From the IMG/VR virus record IMGVR_UViG_3300007863_000008, positions 1-32,723 of that record: a DNA stretch of 32,723 nucleotides. One strand, given 5' to 3'. The notes beneath the pieces are model-generated. The model did no database searches and was not told the origin of the DNA. It was given only the letters and a program-made list of their open reading frames with translations. This stretch comes from a virus. Lineage: Duplodnaviria > Caudoviricetes. Numbering within the stretch: the stretch's first letter is position 1; the number at the start of each line of letters is the position of its first letter. A program made the translations under genes and the position numbers. Shown here piece after piece: positions 1-7,515 of the stretch.

Positions 1-51
1 GTTTCCAGCCCGTATAAAGGCCTGTTCTCTTATCTGTGCAATGTCACTCAT
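1..51 (-). CDS. 5' part of a gene running off the left edge (MSDIAQIREQAFIRAGN...), possibly an HNH-type protein
   Basis: ATG at 51 overlaps the end of the SET gene and the frame stays open to the edge. 'IRE..F.RAG' resembles the start of small HNH nucleases, but only 17 codons are visible. Confidence 0.4.
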   Translation of the reverse strand, partial: MSDIAQIREQAFIRAGN

Positions 52-361
52 CAACAGAGTACATAGTATATTTTAATGTGATTTCTTCTCCTGCTTTTAT
101 AGGTTTAATAGGGAACAAATGACTAACTATTGTGCCATCAAATCTTTTAATTTCACAGTTAGGTGTTTCACTATGATTAATAAAACCTCCTAAAGGTGTA
201 CGAAATACACTGCCAACTTCTTCGTACCATACATGTGTTACACCTAAAGAAGTCTCTAAGTCTTTTATTGCTTTAAGTGTAAACAAACCTAGACCTTCTA
301 TTTTACTAGGTTGTATAGTCATGTATGTAGGTAAAGGTCTATATGTATCTTCTTTATCCAT
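44..361 (-). CDS. SET-domain protein (putative lysine methyltransferase)
   Basis: SET motifs: SKIEGLGLF, GFINHSETPNC (NHS motif), IKAGEEITLKY (GEELxxxY). No post-SET cysteines. Confidence 0.9.
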   Translation of the reverse strand: MDKEDTYRPLPTYMTIQPSKIEGLGLFTLKAIKDLETSLGVTHVWYEEVGSVFRTPLGGFINHSETPNCEIKRFDGTIVSHLFPIKPIKAGEEITLKYTMYSVDE

Positions 362-920
362 ATACTGTTAGGTACTTTCCTGGTGGTAAGTCCCATGTTT
401 CTAGTATATCGTTCCATCTACAGTCACCATTGTTTACATCTGAATCACCTTCATAAATTGTATTAGATATTAACATAAACAATTGAGATGAACATTGACC
501 ATTTACTTTACCTATTCCCATGTCTGCCATATCTCTCAATTTATTTATATAACGTAATGTATTAGGTGTTATTTGTCCCATATCTTTTTGTGTTGTAGGT
601 CGCATTAAATCAACTGGTGCTGTTTTGTTTAAACCAACAGTTACACGTCTAGGTGCTAACTTAGCTCCATCATTTTCTAATGCACTTAAGTTATGTGTAC
701 TAGAGATAGTTAATTGCTTGTTATCTTTTCTAAGTTCGTAAGAAATCCATACTTCACTACCATTTTTATTAAGACCTAAGAATCTTTTACCACCAAAGAC
801 TTCTTTTTTATTTGCATTATCTTTCCAAGTTTCTAACTTAGCATGCCAGTCTTTTTTAGATTCTAAAGGTGTAATAATATTAATGTCTTTTGACTTAGCA
901 AATCTTGTATTCATAGTCAT
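354..920 (-). CDS. hypothetical phage protein, 188 aa
   Basis: Long ORF coupled to both neighbours (TAATG at 920, overlap with SET start), GAGGAG RBS. Confidence 0.85.
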   Translation of the reverse strand: MTMNTRFAKSKDINIITPLESKKDWHAKLETWKDNANKKEVFGGKRFLGLNKNGSEVWISYELRKDNKQLTISSTHNLSALENDGAKLAPRRVTVGLNKTAPVDLMRPTTQKDMGQITPNTLRYINKLRDMADMGIGKVNGQCSSQLFMLISNTIYEGDSDVNNGDCRWNDILETWDLPPGKYLTVYG

Positions 921-1078
921 TATTCTATCTCCTCTGCAAAGACTTCTCTGTCTATTACTTTTGTATAGCCAACAGTATCTCGTTCATATTCCATATCATC
1001 AATAGCTTGTTCCTCGTTATCAGCTTGAACTGTATATCGTGTAGTTGTAGTTTCAACTACATAAAATTCTTTAGCCAT
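920..1078 (-). CDS. small acidic hypothetical protein, 52 aa (MAKEFYVVETTTTRYTVQADNEEQAIDD...)
   Basis: Hand-translated, not in the ORF track. GAGGAGG RBS, TAATG coupling at both ends, V-x-A-x-x-E-E/Q-A motif common in small phage proteins. Confidence 0.8.
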   Translation of the reverse strand: MAKEFYVVETTTTRYTVQADNEEQAIDDMEYERDTVGYTKVIDREVFAEEIE

Positions 1079-1248
1079 TATTCCTCCTCATCTATAGGGT
1101 CAATTGTTACAGTAAACTTAGGTACTAAACATTTGACTTCTTCTTTACCACTTTCATTCTTAACAATTATTGGCATAAATCCAAAACGTTTTTCTAATTC
1201 GTTAATAAGAACTACGCCATCTGCTTCTGATACTGATATATCACTCAT
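1078..1248 (-). CDS. small hypothetical protein, 56 aa (MSDISVSEADGVVLINELEKRFG...)
   Basis: Hand-translated. GGAGAGG RBS, ATGA overlap upstream and TAATG overlap downstream; fills the gap exactly. Confidence 0.8.
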   Translation of the reverse strand: MSDISVSEADGVVLINELEKRFGFMPIIVKNESGKEEVKCLVPKFTVTIDPIDEEE

Positions 1249-1451
1249 TCTTCCTCTCCTAACTCTCCTAATTGAACGTTGTAATCTTTAACAAACTTTT
1301 CCATAAGCCAACGTAACTTACCCATATCAGGTGGAATGTTCATTTCTGTACTACCACATGCTTCTACAAATTGTTTACCCCATGTCTTCATGTATTGTGG
1401 GTTTGTAAATATATTTGTATTAACAATGCTTAATGTTTTATTTTTATTCAT
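1245..1451 (-). CDS. hypothetical protein, 68 aa
   Basis: ORF track; GAGGAG RBS; overlaps both neighbours. Confidence 0.75.
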   Translation of the reverse strand: MNKNKTLSIVNTNIFTNPQYMKTWGKQFVEACGSTEMNIPPDMGKLRWLMEKFVKDYNVQLGELGEEE

Positions 1452-1593
1452 ATTTTTTCTGCTCCTCTATATCATTTAAGATAAACTCTGCACAAGAATC
1501 ACAAACTTTATTGTCTGGATAGATTGTTAAATAACATGTAATGTTACATACAATACATACCATATTGTATATGTCTTCAATTTGTGTTTTCAT
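1444..1593 (-). CDS. CxxC...CxxC zinc-finger microprotein, 49 aa (MKTQIEDIYNMVCIVC...KVCDSCAEF...)
   Basis: Hand-translated. ATGA overlap with the transglycosylase stop; two CxxC pairs. Confidence 0.7.
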   Translation of the reverse strand: MKTQIEDIYNMVCIVCNITCYLTIYPDNKVCDSCAEFILNDIEEQKKYE

Positions 1594-2024
1594 TGTGTGT
1601 TAATTGATAATAATGCATTATCGTGTCCTTTCCAACAGTGCTTGCTACTATTCCAATGATGCCAACCATCGTTGTACACTAACCAAGCTGCTACTTTTGT
1701 CGATATTATAGGGTTCTTTCTATTACTTATTATATCAAGCTTTGGTTTTAACCAAGCCCAAGTTTTGTCATTAAATTGCCAAAGACCTACGTCATCTGTC
1801 CCATTTGTATTACGACCTACTGCTGTTTCTTTACCTCTGCTTTCGCAATAAACAATAGTCATTCCTTGTATAACATCTTCTGGTTTAAAGTATGTAGAGA
1901 TTAAACCGTGCCATTGTTCTACGTATTGAACCTGAGCTTTTACTTCTCTACATTCTATGTACTCTGATAATAAGTCAGGTGTTAGAAACATTGGAAACAA
2001 ACACCCGACTATTATCTCTAACAT
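1590..2024 (-). CDS. SLT/Rpf-like lytic transglycosylase with hydrophobic N-terminus
   Basis: Catalytic CES motif, GLWQF..KTW and terminal GWHHW are typical of lysozyme-fold SLT/Rpf domains; short hydrophobic N-terminus. Confidence 0.85.
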   Translation of the reverse strand: MLEIIVGCLFPMFLTPDLLSEYIECREVKAQVQYVEQWHGLISTYFKPEDVIQGMTIVYCESRGKETAVGRNTNGTDDVGLWQFNDKTWAWLKPKLDIISNRKNPIISTKVAAWLVYNDGWHHWNSSKHCWKGHDNALLSINTQ

Positions 2025-2290
2025 TAGCTAATGGTAGTTCTAGTAGGTACTTTAGTGCAGTAATAACTGACAAGTCCCTTAGTCTTAGTTTTAAGCGTAG
2101 TTATTTCATAACCTTCTGCTCTTAAGTTAAAGAGTATTCCACCAAATCTATGGCAATATAACTCTCTTACAAACTCCCAGTTAGTTATAGGTTCAGAGTC
2201 CATAAACTCCTCTAACGCCCATGCTACTAACTGTGTTTTACTTTTTACATATACGGGTACGTTTACCCCTCTAAATGCACTAGGTATCAT
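2024..2290 (-). CDS. winged helix-turn-helix DNA-binding protein (HTH_39-like)
   Basis: ITNWEFVRELYCHRFGGILFNLRAEGYEITT fits the IT..E....Y..R....I..LR..G..I.T phage wHTH pattern; GAAAGGAA RBS. Confidence 0.7.
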   Translation of the reverse strand: MIPSAFRGVNVPVYVKSKTQLVAWALEEFMDSEPITNWEFVRELYCHRFGGILFNLRAEGYEITTLKTKTKGLVSYYCTKVPTRTTIS

Positions 2291-2301
2291 AGCTTTCCTT
2301 T

Positions 2302-2403
2302 CTATCTATCGATAACATCAGGACGTAAAACCTGTGTTTTACTGAGTCCCTGGTATCTTCTTTTCTTTTTAGATTTAGCAGCCCTGCGCTGTAATCTATT
2401 CAT
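2302..2403 (-). CDS. small basic peptide, 33 aa (MNRLQRRAAKSKKKRRYQGLSKTQVLRPDVIDR)
   Basis: Hand-translated. TAATG-coupled to the upstream gene; NRxxRR Arg/Lys-rich start; stop abuts the next RBS. Confidence 0.6.
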   Translation of the reverse strand: MNRLQRRAAKSKKKRRYQGLSKTQVLRPDVIDR

Positions 2404-2999
2404 TAGAACGGTGACAAGTCTTCACCAGCATCGTTGGGTGCTGTCTTGACTTCTCCATCTAAGTTCCACTCTACAGGTATATCACTGTTGTCTACCCACC
2501 AGGACTTACGCCACTTACCACTATGACCACCACAGGTAACAGGGTCATTAGTACTACATACAAAGTCTGGACTTTTGTCTGACTTTTTATTGTTTCTATT
2601 GTCATATACCATTTGTTGACAGAAAGGACACTTAAGGTCATCTCTGTATTTATTTTGTTGTTCCATTTTATTTACTATGCCTCCCAACATATCTCCAGCA
2701 GGTTGCACATTGTTAGTTACTTCTTGTACTTCTAAACCTACAGCGTTTAACTTTTCTTCTATTGACATTGTATCAAAAGATTCTTGTGTAACGACTGTTG
2801 GCATACTTACTAACTTTTCTATATAAGCAAAATACATATCAAGCTGTTCATCTGTCCATCTTGTTTTATCTGTATCAAACTTCTTTAACTGTACGTATTG
2901 ATTTGCAGAACCTAAAATTTTGTGTAATGTTTCTTGTGATTCTACGTTCGTGCAAATACTTTGTACTGTTTCAGCTATAAATTGTACATCCTGACTCAT
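2403..2999 (-). CDS. Zn-ribbon protein with acidic ...EDLSPF C-terminus (recombinase-associated, putative ssDNA-binding)
   Basis: CPFC-x-VYDNR-x-KSPDFVC-x-C-x-WW motif of the type found with phage Rad52/ERF proteins; SSB-like C-terminal tip; ATGA overlap with the Rad52-like gene. Confidence 0.7.
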   Translation of the reverse strand: MSQDVQFIAETVQSICTNVESQETLHKILGSANQYVQLKKFDTDKTRWTDEQLDMYFAYIEKLVSMPTVVTQESFDTMSIEEKLNAVGLEVQEVTNNVQPAGDMLGGIVNKMEQQNKYRDDLKCPFCQQMVYDNRNNKKSDKSPDFVCSTNDPVTCGGHSGKWRKSWWVDNSDIPVEWNLDGEVKTAPNDAGEDLSPF

Positions 3000-3547
3000 G
3001 CTTCTGTACCTAAGATACTGTCCATGATTGCTGCAGCTGCAGCTTTATCTTCTTTAGACATCTTATTTTCTTTTTTACGCATGTCTACTTTGGTAACTTC
3101 TACCATAGCATCTTTGTCTGCTTGTTCCTGAGTGTAACCATCAGGTGCATAGGATGTAGCTTCTTCTTCAGTCTGCTTACTACCAGACCATAACTCTACA
3201 CCCAGACCGAACCTCATACATGCACGTTTGAATGCATCAGACTCAGCATCTTTAAGGTTGTTACCATCATTAAACTTAGCATTGCCAAGCTTAAAGGTAT
3301 CAACGTCACCGAAGCCATCGTAACTACCCATACCTTCTATGGTTATAGTACCTTTAGCACCGACTATTCTTTGCTCTCCGTTATGTGTACCATATACAGG
3401 TTCACATGACCAAGAGTATGTCACACCACTATCACGTAGTCTTTCTACATAATTAGCGTGTGGTACGTAGTCTCCGAACTTTCCAGCAGGTGCTTTTTTT
3501 ACAAGTTCCTGTGGAAATGGGGACAACAGTTTGTTGTTATTAGTCAT
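2996..3547 (-). CDS. Rad52/Rad22 (Sak-like) single-strand annealing protein
   Basis: LLSPFP..VK, YVPH..YVERL..W and LKDAESDAFKRACMRFGLGVELW (K.A.SDA.KRA...FG.G..L signature). Confidence 0.85.
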   Translation of the reverse strand: MTNNNKLLSPFPQELVKKAPAGKFGDYVPHANYVERLRDSGVTYSWSCEPVYGTHNGEQRIVGAKGTITIEGMGSYDGFGDVDTFKLGNAKFNDGNNLKDAESDAFKRACMRFGLGVELWSGSKQTEEEATSYAPDGYTQEQADKDAMVEVTKVDMRKKENKMSKEDKAAAAAIMDSILGTEA

Positions 3548-3563
3548 AACATTCCTTTCTTTG

Positions 3564-3605
3564 TTTATTTATTATGCCGTTCCGAAAAAACGGCTAATAA
3601 ATAAA
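3564..3605 (-). promoter_or_regulatory. 17-bp stem-loop immediately upstream of the recombinase RBS
   Basis: tttatttatta-t-gccgtt / ccgaaaa / aacggc-taataaataaa inverted repeat. Confidence 0.7.
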
Positions 3606-3606
3606 G

Positions 3607-3762
3607 TTATTTATTTACTATGTCTGTAAGTCTAGTCACTCCATGTTCTATTGGTATAAATTTAGTACCATTATCGGTATTAACTACAAAATATGGTTGT
3701 GAACCATACCCTGCATACTCAATAGAGACTCTCTTAACAGACTCATTTACTGTATTTGACAT
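3607..3762 (-). CDS. small hypothetical protein, 51 aa (MSNTVNESVKRVSIEYAGYGSQPYFVV...)
   Basis: Hand-translated; fills the gap on the coding strand of this arm; no clear RBS. Confidence 0.65.
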   Translation of the reverse strand: MSNTVNESVKRVSIEYAGYGSQPYFVVNTDNGTKFIPIEHGVTRLTDIVNK

Positions 3763-3778
3763 ACTATATGTAGTATAC

Positions 3779-4834
3779 CTATACTTTATCCAGTTTTACA
3801 AGGTATTCAGCAGTTACTCCATGTCCTGGTTTACAGAATAACAGCCATTGACATGGTCTACCCATGCTTGCAAGCTGCTCCATAGCATAACTGTTGTAGC
3901 TTTCTGTGCTTCCATTAACCCATAAACGTACATCGTTTACATACATTGTTGTAGGTGTATGGAAGTGTCCAGCTATTGCATAGTCAAAGTCAGGCATTAG
4001 ATTTCTTGATGCTAATGCTTTCCAACCTAGTAATTTCTTACCGAAACCATACCAAGGGAATCCGCTATGTCCTCGTACATTATCTCCATGCCATACAAAG
4101 AATTTACAGTCTTTACCAAGGTCTGCTATACCAAACCAATGGTCTTCTGTTGTACTGTCGGGTACATGAAATGATATTCTTTTATCTTTATCATATATCA
4201 TTGACATTATCTTTCCTAGCATACGGTCACTGTTGCTGTCTGGGTGATAATCTTTTCTAGCTCTACCACCAAGACTACCGTGATTACCTATAACCCATGT
4301 AACTTCTACTTCTTTGAAGTTAGCTAACAACACATCAAAGAACTGTGTCAATATTCTAGGGCCATCTATTGTTACCTGACTATAAAGACTTGCGTCTATC
4401 AAGTGTGATTGTCCTGGAAATATAAGCTCTCCTTCTACAATGTCACCCGCAACTAATACTGCGCATTTGTTAACAGGATGGGCATTTCTTTGAAGATTAG
4501 CTAGTTCTACTATCTTATGTGCATATGCAACAACACGTTTTTCTGCTATTGCTGTGTCATAATCTGGTGTTATTTTAGCTAACTGTATATCTGATAATAT
4601 AGCTACTGCAACTTCTTCATTCTTATTAGCTTTACTTAATGTTGGTTTAGGAACATTAGGTTTAGCCCATGTAGATACATTCATTCGCACAGCATCATAC
4701 ATAGCTTCAATTAAATCAGCTTTTTTATTTTTAGCTCTATCTAATTGCTTAAGTAACTTGAGATTATCAGCTTTTAATTCCTGAATTTTTAGTGATTCAG
4801 CTTCGGCTATTAGTTTATCAACGTCTTTACTCAT
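3779..4834 (-). CDS. calcineurin-like metallophosphoesterase with N-terminal coiled coil
   Basis: Motifs SDIQ (DxH variant), GDIVEG, GNHG, HGD and GHFH in canonical order. Confidence 0.9.
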   Translation of the reverse strand: MSKDVDKLIAEAESLKIQELKADNLKLLKQLDRAKNKKADLIEAMYDAVRMNVSTWAKPNVPKPTLSKANKNEEVAVAILSDIQLAKITPDYDTAIAEKRVVAYAHKIVELANLQRNAHPVNKCAVLVAGDIVEGELIFPGQSHLIDASLYSQVTIDGPRILTQFFDVLLANFKEVEVTWVIGNHGSLGGRARKDYHPDSNSDRMLGKIMSMIYDKDKRISFHVPDSTTEDHWFGIADLGKDCKFFVWHGDNVRGHSGFPWYGFGKKLLGWKALASRNLMPDFDYAIAGHFHTPTTMYVNDVRLWVNGSTESYNSYAMEQLASMGRPCQWLLFCKPGHGVTAEYLVKLDKV

Positions 4835-5060
4835 TGTTTACTACTTTCATAAAGTGATTACGTATAGCTGATTCTGATATTTTAATACCATATTCTTCTC
4901 TTAACAATCTGTGTACAACATATGGTTTTATGTTATGTCCAGAAGTTAATCGTTCTATACATCCTTGCCAGAATGGCATTGCTTCATCTGTTATTCTGTC
5001 AGCAACTGAACTTGTCTTACCATGTTCAGCTTCCTTCAGAAGTTTATCTATATCTTTCAT
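4827..5060 (-). CDS. small HTH-like protein (start probably at 5060, leaderless; ORF track start 5069)
   Basis: LREEYGIKISESAIRNH resembles a recognition helix; the ATG at 5060 lies 7 nt after a TATAAT and has no RBS. Confidence 0.7.
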   Translation of the reverse strand: MKDIDKLLKEAEHGKTSSVADRITDEAMPFWQGCIERLTSGHNIKPYVVHRLLREEYGIKISESAIRNHFMKVVNNE

Positions 5061-5067
5061 ACTTGTC

Positions 5068-5095
5068 ATTATATGTTCATTTATTTTATATACAA
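5068..5095 (-). promoter_or_regulatory. sigma70/SigA-like promoter TTGTAT-N16-TATAAT
   Basis: Minus strand reads TTGTAT ataaaataaatgaaca TATAAT gacaagt ATG; same -35 hexamer as the terminase promoter. Confidence 0.65.
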
Positions 5096-5111
5096 GGATT
5101 TAATTTATTTA

Positions 5112-5340
5112 GACGGAGCGGGCTAACCCGAAATACGAGTGTCCTACCTATGGACACGAAGTATTGAGGGAAAGCACGCAGGGCTAAATAATCAGAGTGG
5201 TGTTCACTATAGGTCACTGTTGACATGATGAATAAAATACCCTGTTGCAAGTTCTCTTTGCACTCTATTCCACTCTAATTATTGATGTAATGCTTAAGCA
5301 AAGGAAAGGAACTCTGCCACACTTGCGTGTTGCATTACTC
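5112..5340 (-). ncRNA. putative structured non-coding RNA (~230 nt), family not recognised
   Basis: Intergenic and relatively GC-rich. Helices 5287-5293/5332-5338 (enclosing a GCAA tetraloop hairpin and a UUCCUUUC-loop hairpin), 5187-5200/5270-5283 (14 bp with one U-G on the minus strand), 5132-5165 and 5119-5130. Confidence 0.6.
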
Positions 5341-5345
5341 TTTAA

Positions 5346-6773
5346 CTATACTACATTCAGTTTTAATGCATGTTCCTTTACTTCTTCTATGTTCTTAAGG
5401 TTAATAATGTTGTATTTTCTAACTAATTTATTTACATCAGCCATTAGATTAAAGCCATTTGTATCACCATGCGCACCAAACACAGCCATATCTGATACCC
5501 ATATTCTTCTAGCTGGTTGTTTACCTAACCATTCTAAAGCAGGACCATCTACAACATTACCATAACCTGAATGCTCATCTAGATATTTTTCAGTTACACG
5601 TTTACCATTCTTTGCAATGATACGTAAATCACCTGTGTCACCTTTGCCATTGTACATAGCAATAGTAACAGCAGGTAACTGCTGCATAACTTCTAAGATA
5701 TCTTGACCATTAAATGACATAGAACCTGATGCATCAATAAGTATTGTGCCTCCAAGTGCTGTTACTTTCTGTTTAAATATCTTTTTATCTATACAATATC
5801 TGTTTATATACTTAGGATTGTAACCAAAGTCAGCTGGTCTGTATGACCTACCATTCTTAAGTCTACTTTGTAAGTTAACAGTTAATGGTGGTTGATGCGT
5901 AAACATTTCACCCCATTCACCGTGACCATCAGAACTACTATATAATAATTCAGTAATATCATCTCTAGTACGTTGTTCTAAAGAACCACCACCTAACTCA
6001 TTAGATTCTTGAGCTTCACCTTCGCCTTCTCCTTCTTGTTGTGAAGATGTAGGTTTTGGTGCTGGTTTATATACTTCATCATGCTCAGGTTTGTCTCTAA
6101 ACATATCAAGTATTTTACTTAGTGGTTCTGCATACTTTTGTACTTTACGATAACTAATAGTTTGACCCCAGCTATGATTAGTAATATTATGCATGAATTT
6201 AGTAATAACTCTTTGTGCATACATAATTTGATTCTTACGAAAATCAGTAACATTAGAATCATTTCTTATCATGTCAAAACATGATGACATAACAATCCAT
6301 TCATCATTATATTTATAACTAGAATACTTACGGTTAGTATCATTATCTGGTACTCGCCATCTACTAGCTAAACCCATAAGTATTATTTCTGCAATACCTG
6401 ACTCATAAACTAATTTCATAGTTTCTTGTTGTATTACATCTAAACACTTTGAAGGTTCATATAATGCAAGCTGGTTTTCATATAAAAGATGATTAACTCT
6501 AACTTCTTCTAGTACATGAACAGCTTCTGCACGTACGCCTGGTTTTAGCTTACCCATAGTCTTAGGACTCCACTTGGCATGACCAAGTTCGTGTCTACGT
6601 ATCATACGACTATGATTAACACCACATTCCGAACACTCTCTGTCGAGTGGAACTGTCATCTGTCTGTTGAGATTGTCTGTAGAACCATCGGGACTGTTGT
6701 TAACAGTACCTACTACTTCCCATTTCTCACCAGTAACAATTTCTGGATATGGATAAGCTTTACTGTTAGGCAC
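5346..6773 (-). CDS. CobT-like protein: N-terminal HEXXH metallopeptidase-like domain plus C-terminal VWA domain
   Basis: RRHELGH followed by EEVRVN; acidic/low-complexity linker; ILIDASGSM MIDAS motif and late VSD; adjacent to an AAA+ gene. Confidence 0.85.
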   Translation of the reverse strand: MPNSKAYPYPEIVTGEKWEVVGTVNNSPDGSTDNLNRQMTVPLDRECSECGVNHSRMIRRHELGHAKWSPKTMGKLKPGVRAEAVHVLEEVRVNHLLYENQLALYEPSKCLDVIQQETMKLVYESGIAEIILMGLASRWRVPDNDTNRKYSSYKYNDEWIVMSSCFDMIRNDSNVTDFRKNQIMYAQRVITKFMHNITNHSWGQTISYRKVQKYAEPLSKILDMFRDKPEHDEVYKPAPKPTSSQQEGEGEGEAQESNELGGGSLEQRTRDDITELLYSSSDGHGEWGEMFTHQPPLTVNLQSRLKNGRSYRPADFGYNPKYINRYCIDKKIFKQKVTALGGTILIDASGSMSFNGQDILEVMQQLPAVTIAMYNGKGDTGDLRIIAKNGKRVTEKYLDEHSGYGNVVDGPALEWLGKQPARRIWVSDMAVFGAHGDTNGFNLMADVNKLVRKYNIINLKNIEEVKEHALKLNVV

Positions 6774-7491
6774 GTGCTAATGTAACAGCGTCTATCAATT
6801 CTTCTGCTTTTTCTGCAAAGATTAATTGTGCTGCTATTTCTGGAGTAAAGCCATTAGCTTGTAAGTTAAAGAACTCTGTCCATGCACGTACTGAAATACG
6901 TTCTTCATCATCCTCTACTAATGTTGTATCATTAATTACACCATGCCACTCATCTGGAAATTTTTCCATTGCTTTAGGGTGTATACTGTCAACATATATT
7001 TTTACAGGAAATCTGTCTTTCAAAGCCAATGGTAATGACTCTGGTGGACTGTTAGTTGTAGCTACGACTTGAAAGCCGTCAGCTGGTTTAACTGTCTCCT
7101 TTGTATCGTTATTTAATGTCAACATTGCTATTTCTTGGTCGTCAAGAATAGCATGTAGAAACGTCATTGCATCTGGTGATGCATGGTCTATCTCGTTAAT
7201 TACAAGACGACCACCATTTTTCCATGATTGTATTGCAATACCGTCATGCCACTCAAAAGTACCTGTGTTAGATGGCTTATAAAAACCCTCTAAGTTTGCA
7301 CTAGCAGTATCTTCTGTCATGGTTATTTGATAGATATTATCTATTTCTTTTTCTGCTGATTTACTATACGCTTTAGGCGTATTAGTTTTAACAGCACTGT
7401 ATGTCTTACCTGTACCAGGTGGGCCATAAAGTAATACTCTACGGCTATTGCCCAATACAGATTCTACTAATTCCCAGCAATCTTTTGCCAT
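6766..7491 (-). CDS. MoxR/CobS-like AAA+ ATPase
   Basis: Walker A GPPGTGKT, FEWHDG, Walker B variant LVINEID, sensor-1 ATTN, arginine finger ALKDRF, ISVR sensor-2; GAAAGGAG RBS. Confidence 0.92.
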   Translation of the reverse strand: MAKDCWELVESVLGNSRRVLLYGPPGTGKTYSAVKTNTPKAYSKSAEKEIDNIYQITMTEDTASANLEGFYKPSNTGTFEWHDGIAIQSWKNGGRLVINEIDHASPDAMTFLHAILDDQEIAMLTLNNDTKETVKPADGFQVVATTNSPPESLPLALKDRFPVKIYVDSIHPKAMEKFPDEWHGVINDTTLVEDDEERISVRAWTEFFNLQANGFTPEIAAQLIFAEKAEELIDAVTLARA

Positions 7492-7515
7492 GATTAGCTC
7501 CTTTCGTATCTGTAT

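Noticed and set aside
2996-2999. Frameshifted single Rad52-Zn-ribbon gene
   Set aside because: The clean ATGA overlap matches the coupling used throughout this arm, and no slippery sequence was seen.
5173-5331. Plus-strand fold (AGCACGCAGG/CTTGCGTGTT) or c-di-GMP-I/cobalamin riboswitch resemblance
   Set aside because: Conserved aptamer cores are absent. The GNRA loop, other G-U pairs and gene orientation favour the minus strand, though a plus-strand RNA is not excluded.
1007-6785. Plus-strand ORFs in the left arm (1007, 2798, 3620, 3955, 4922, 5245, 6579; also 8576)
   Set aside because: They are antisense shadows of better-supported minus-strand genes or structured RNA, with no RBS or motifs.
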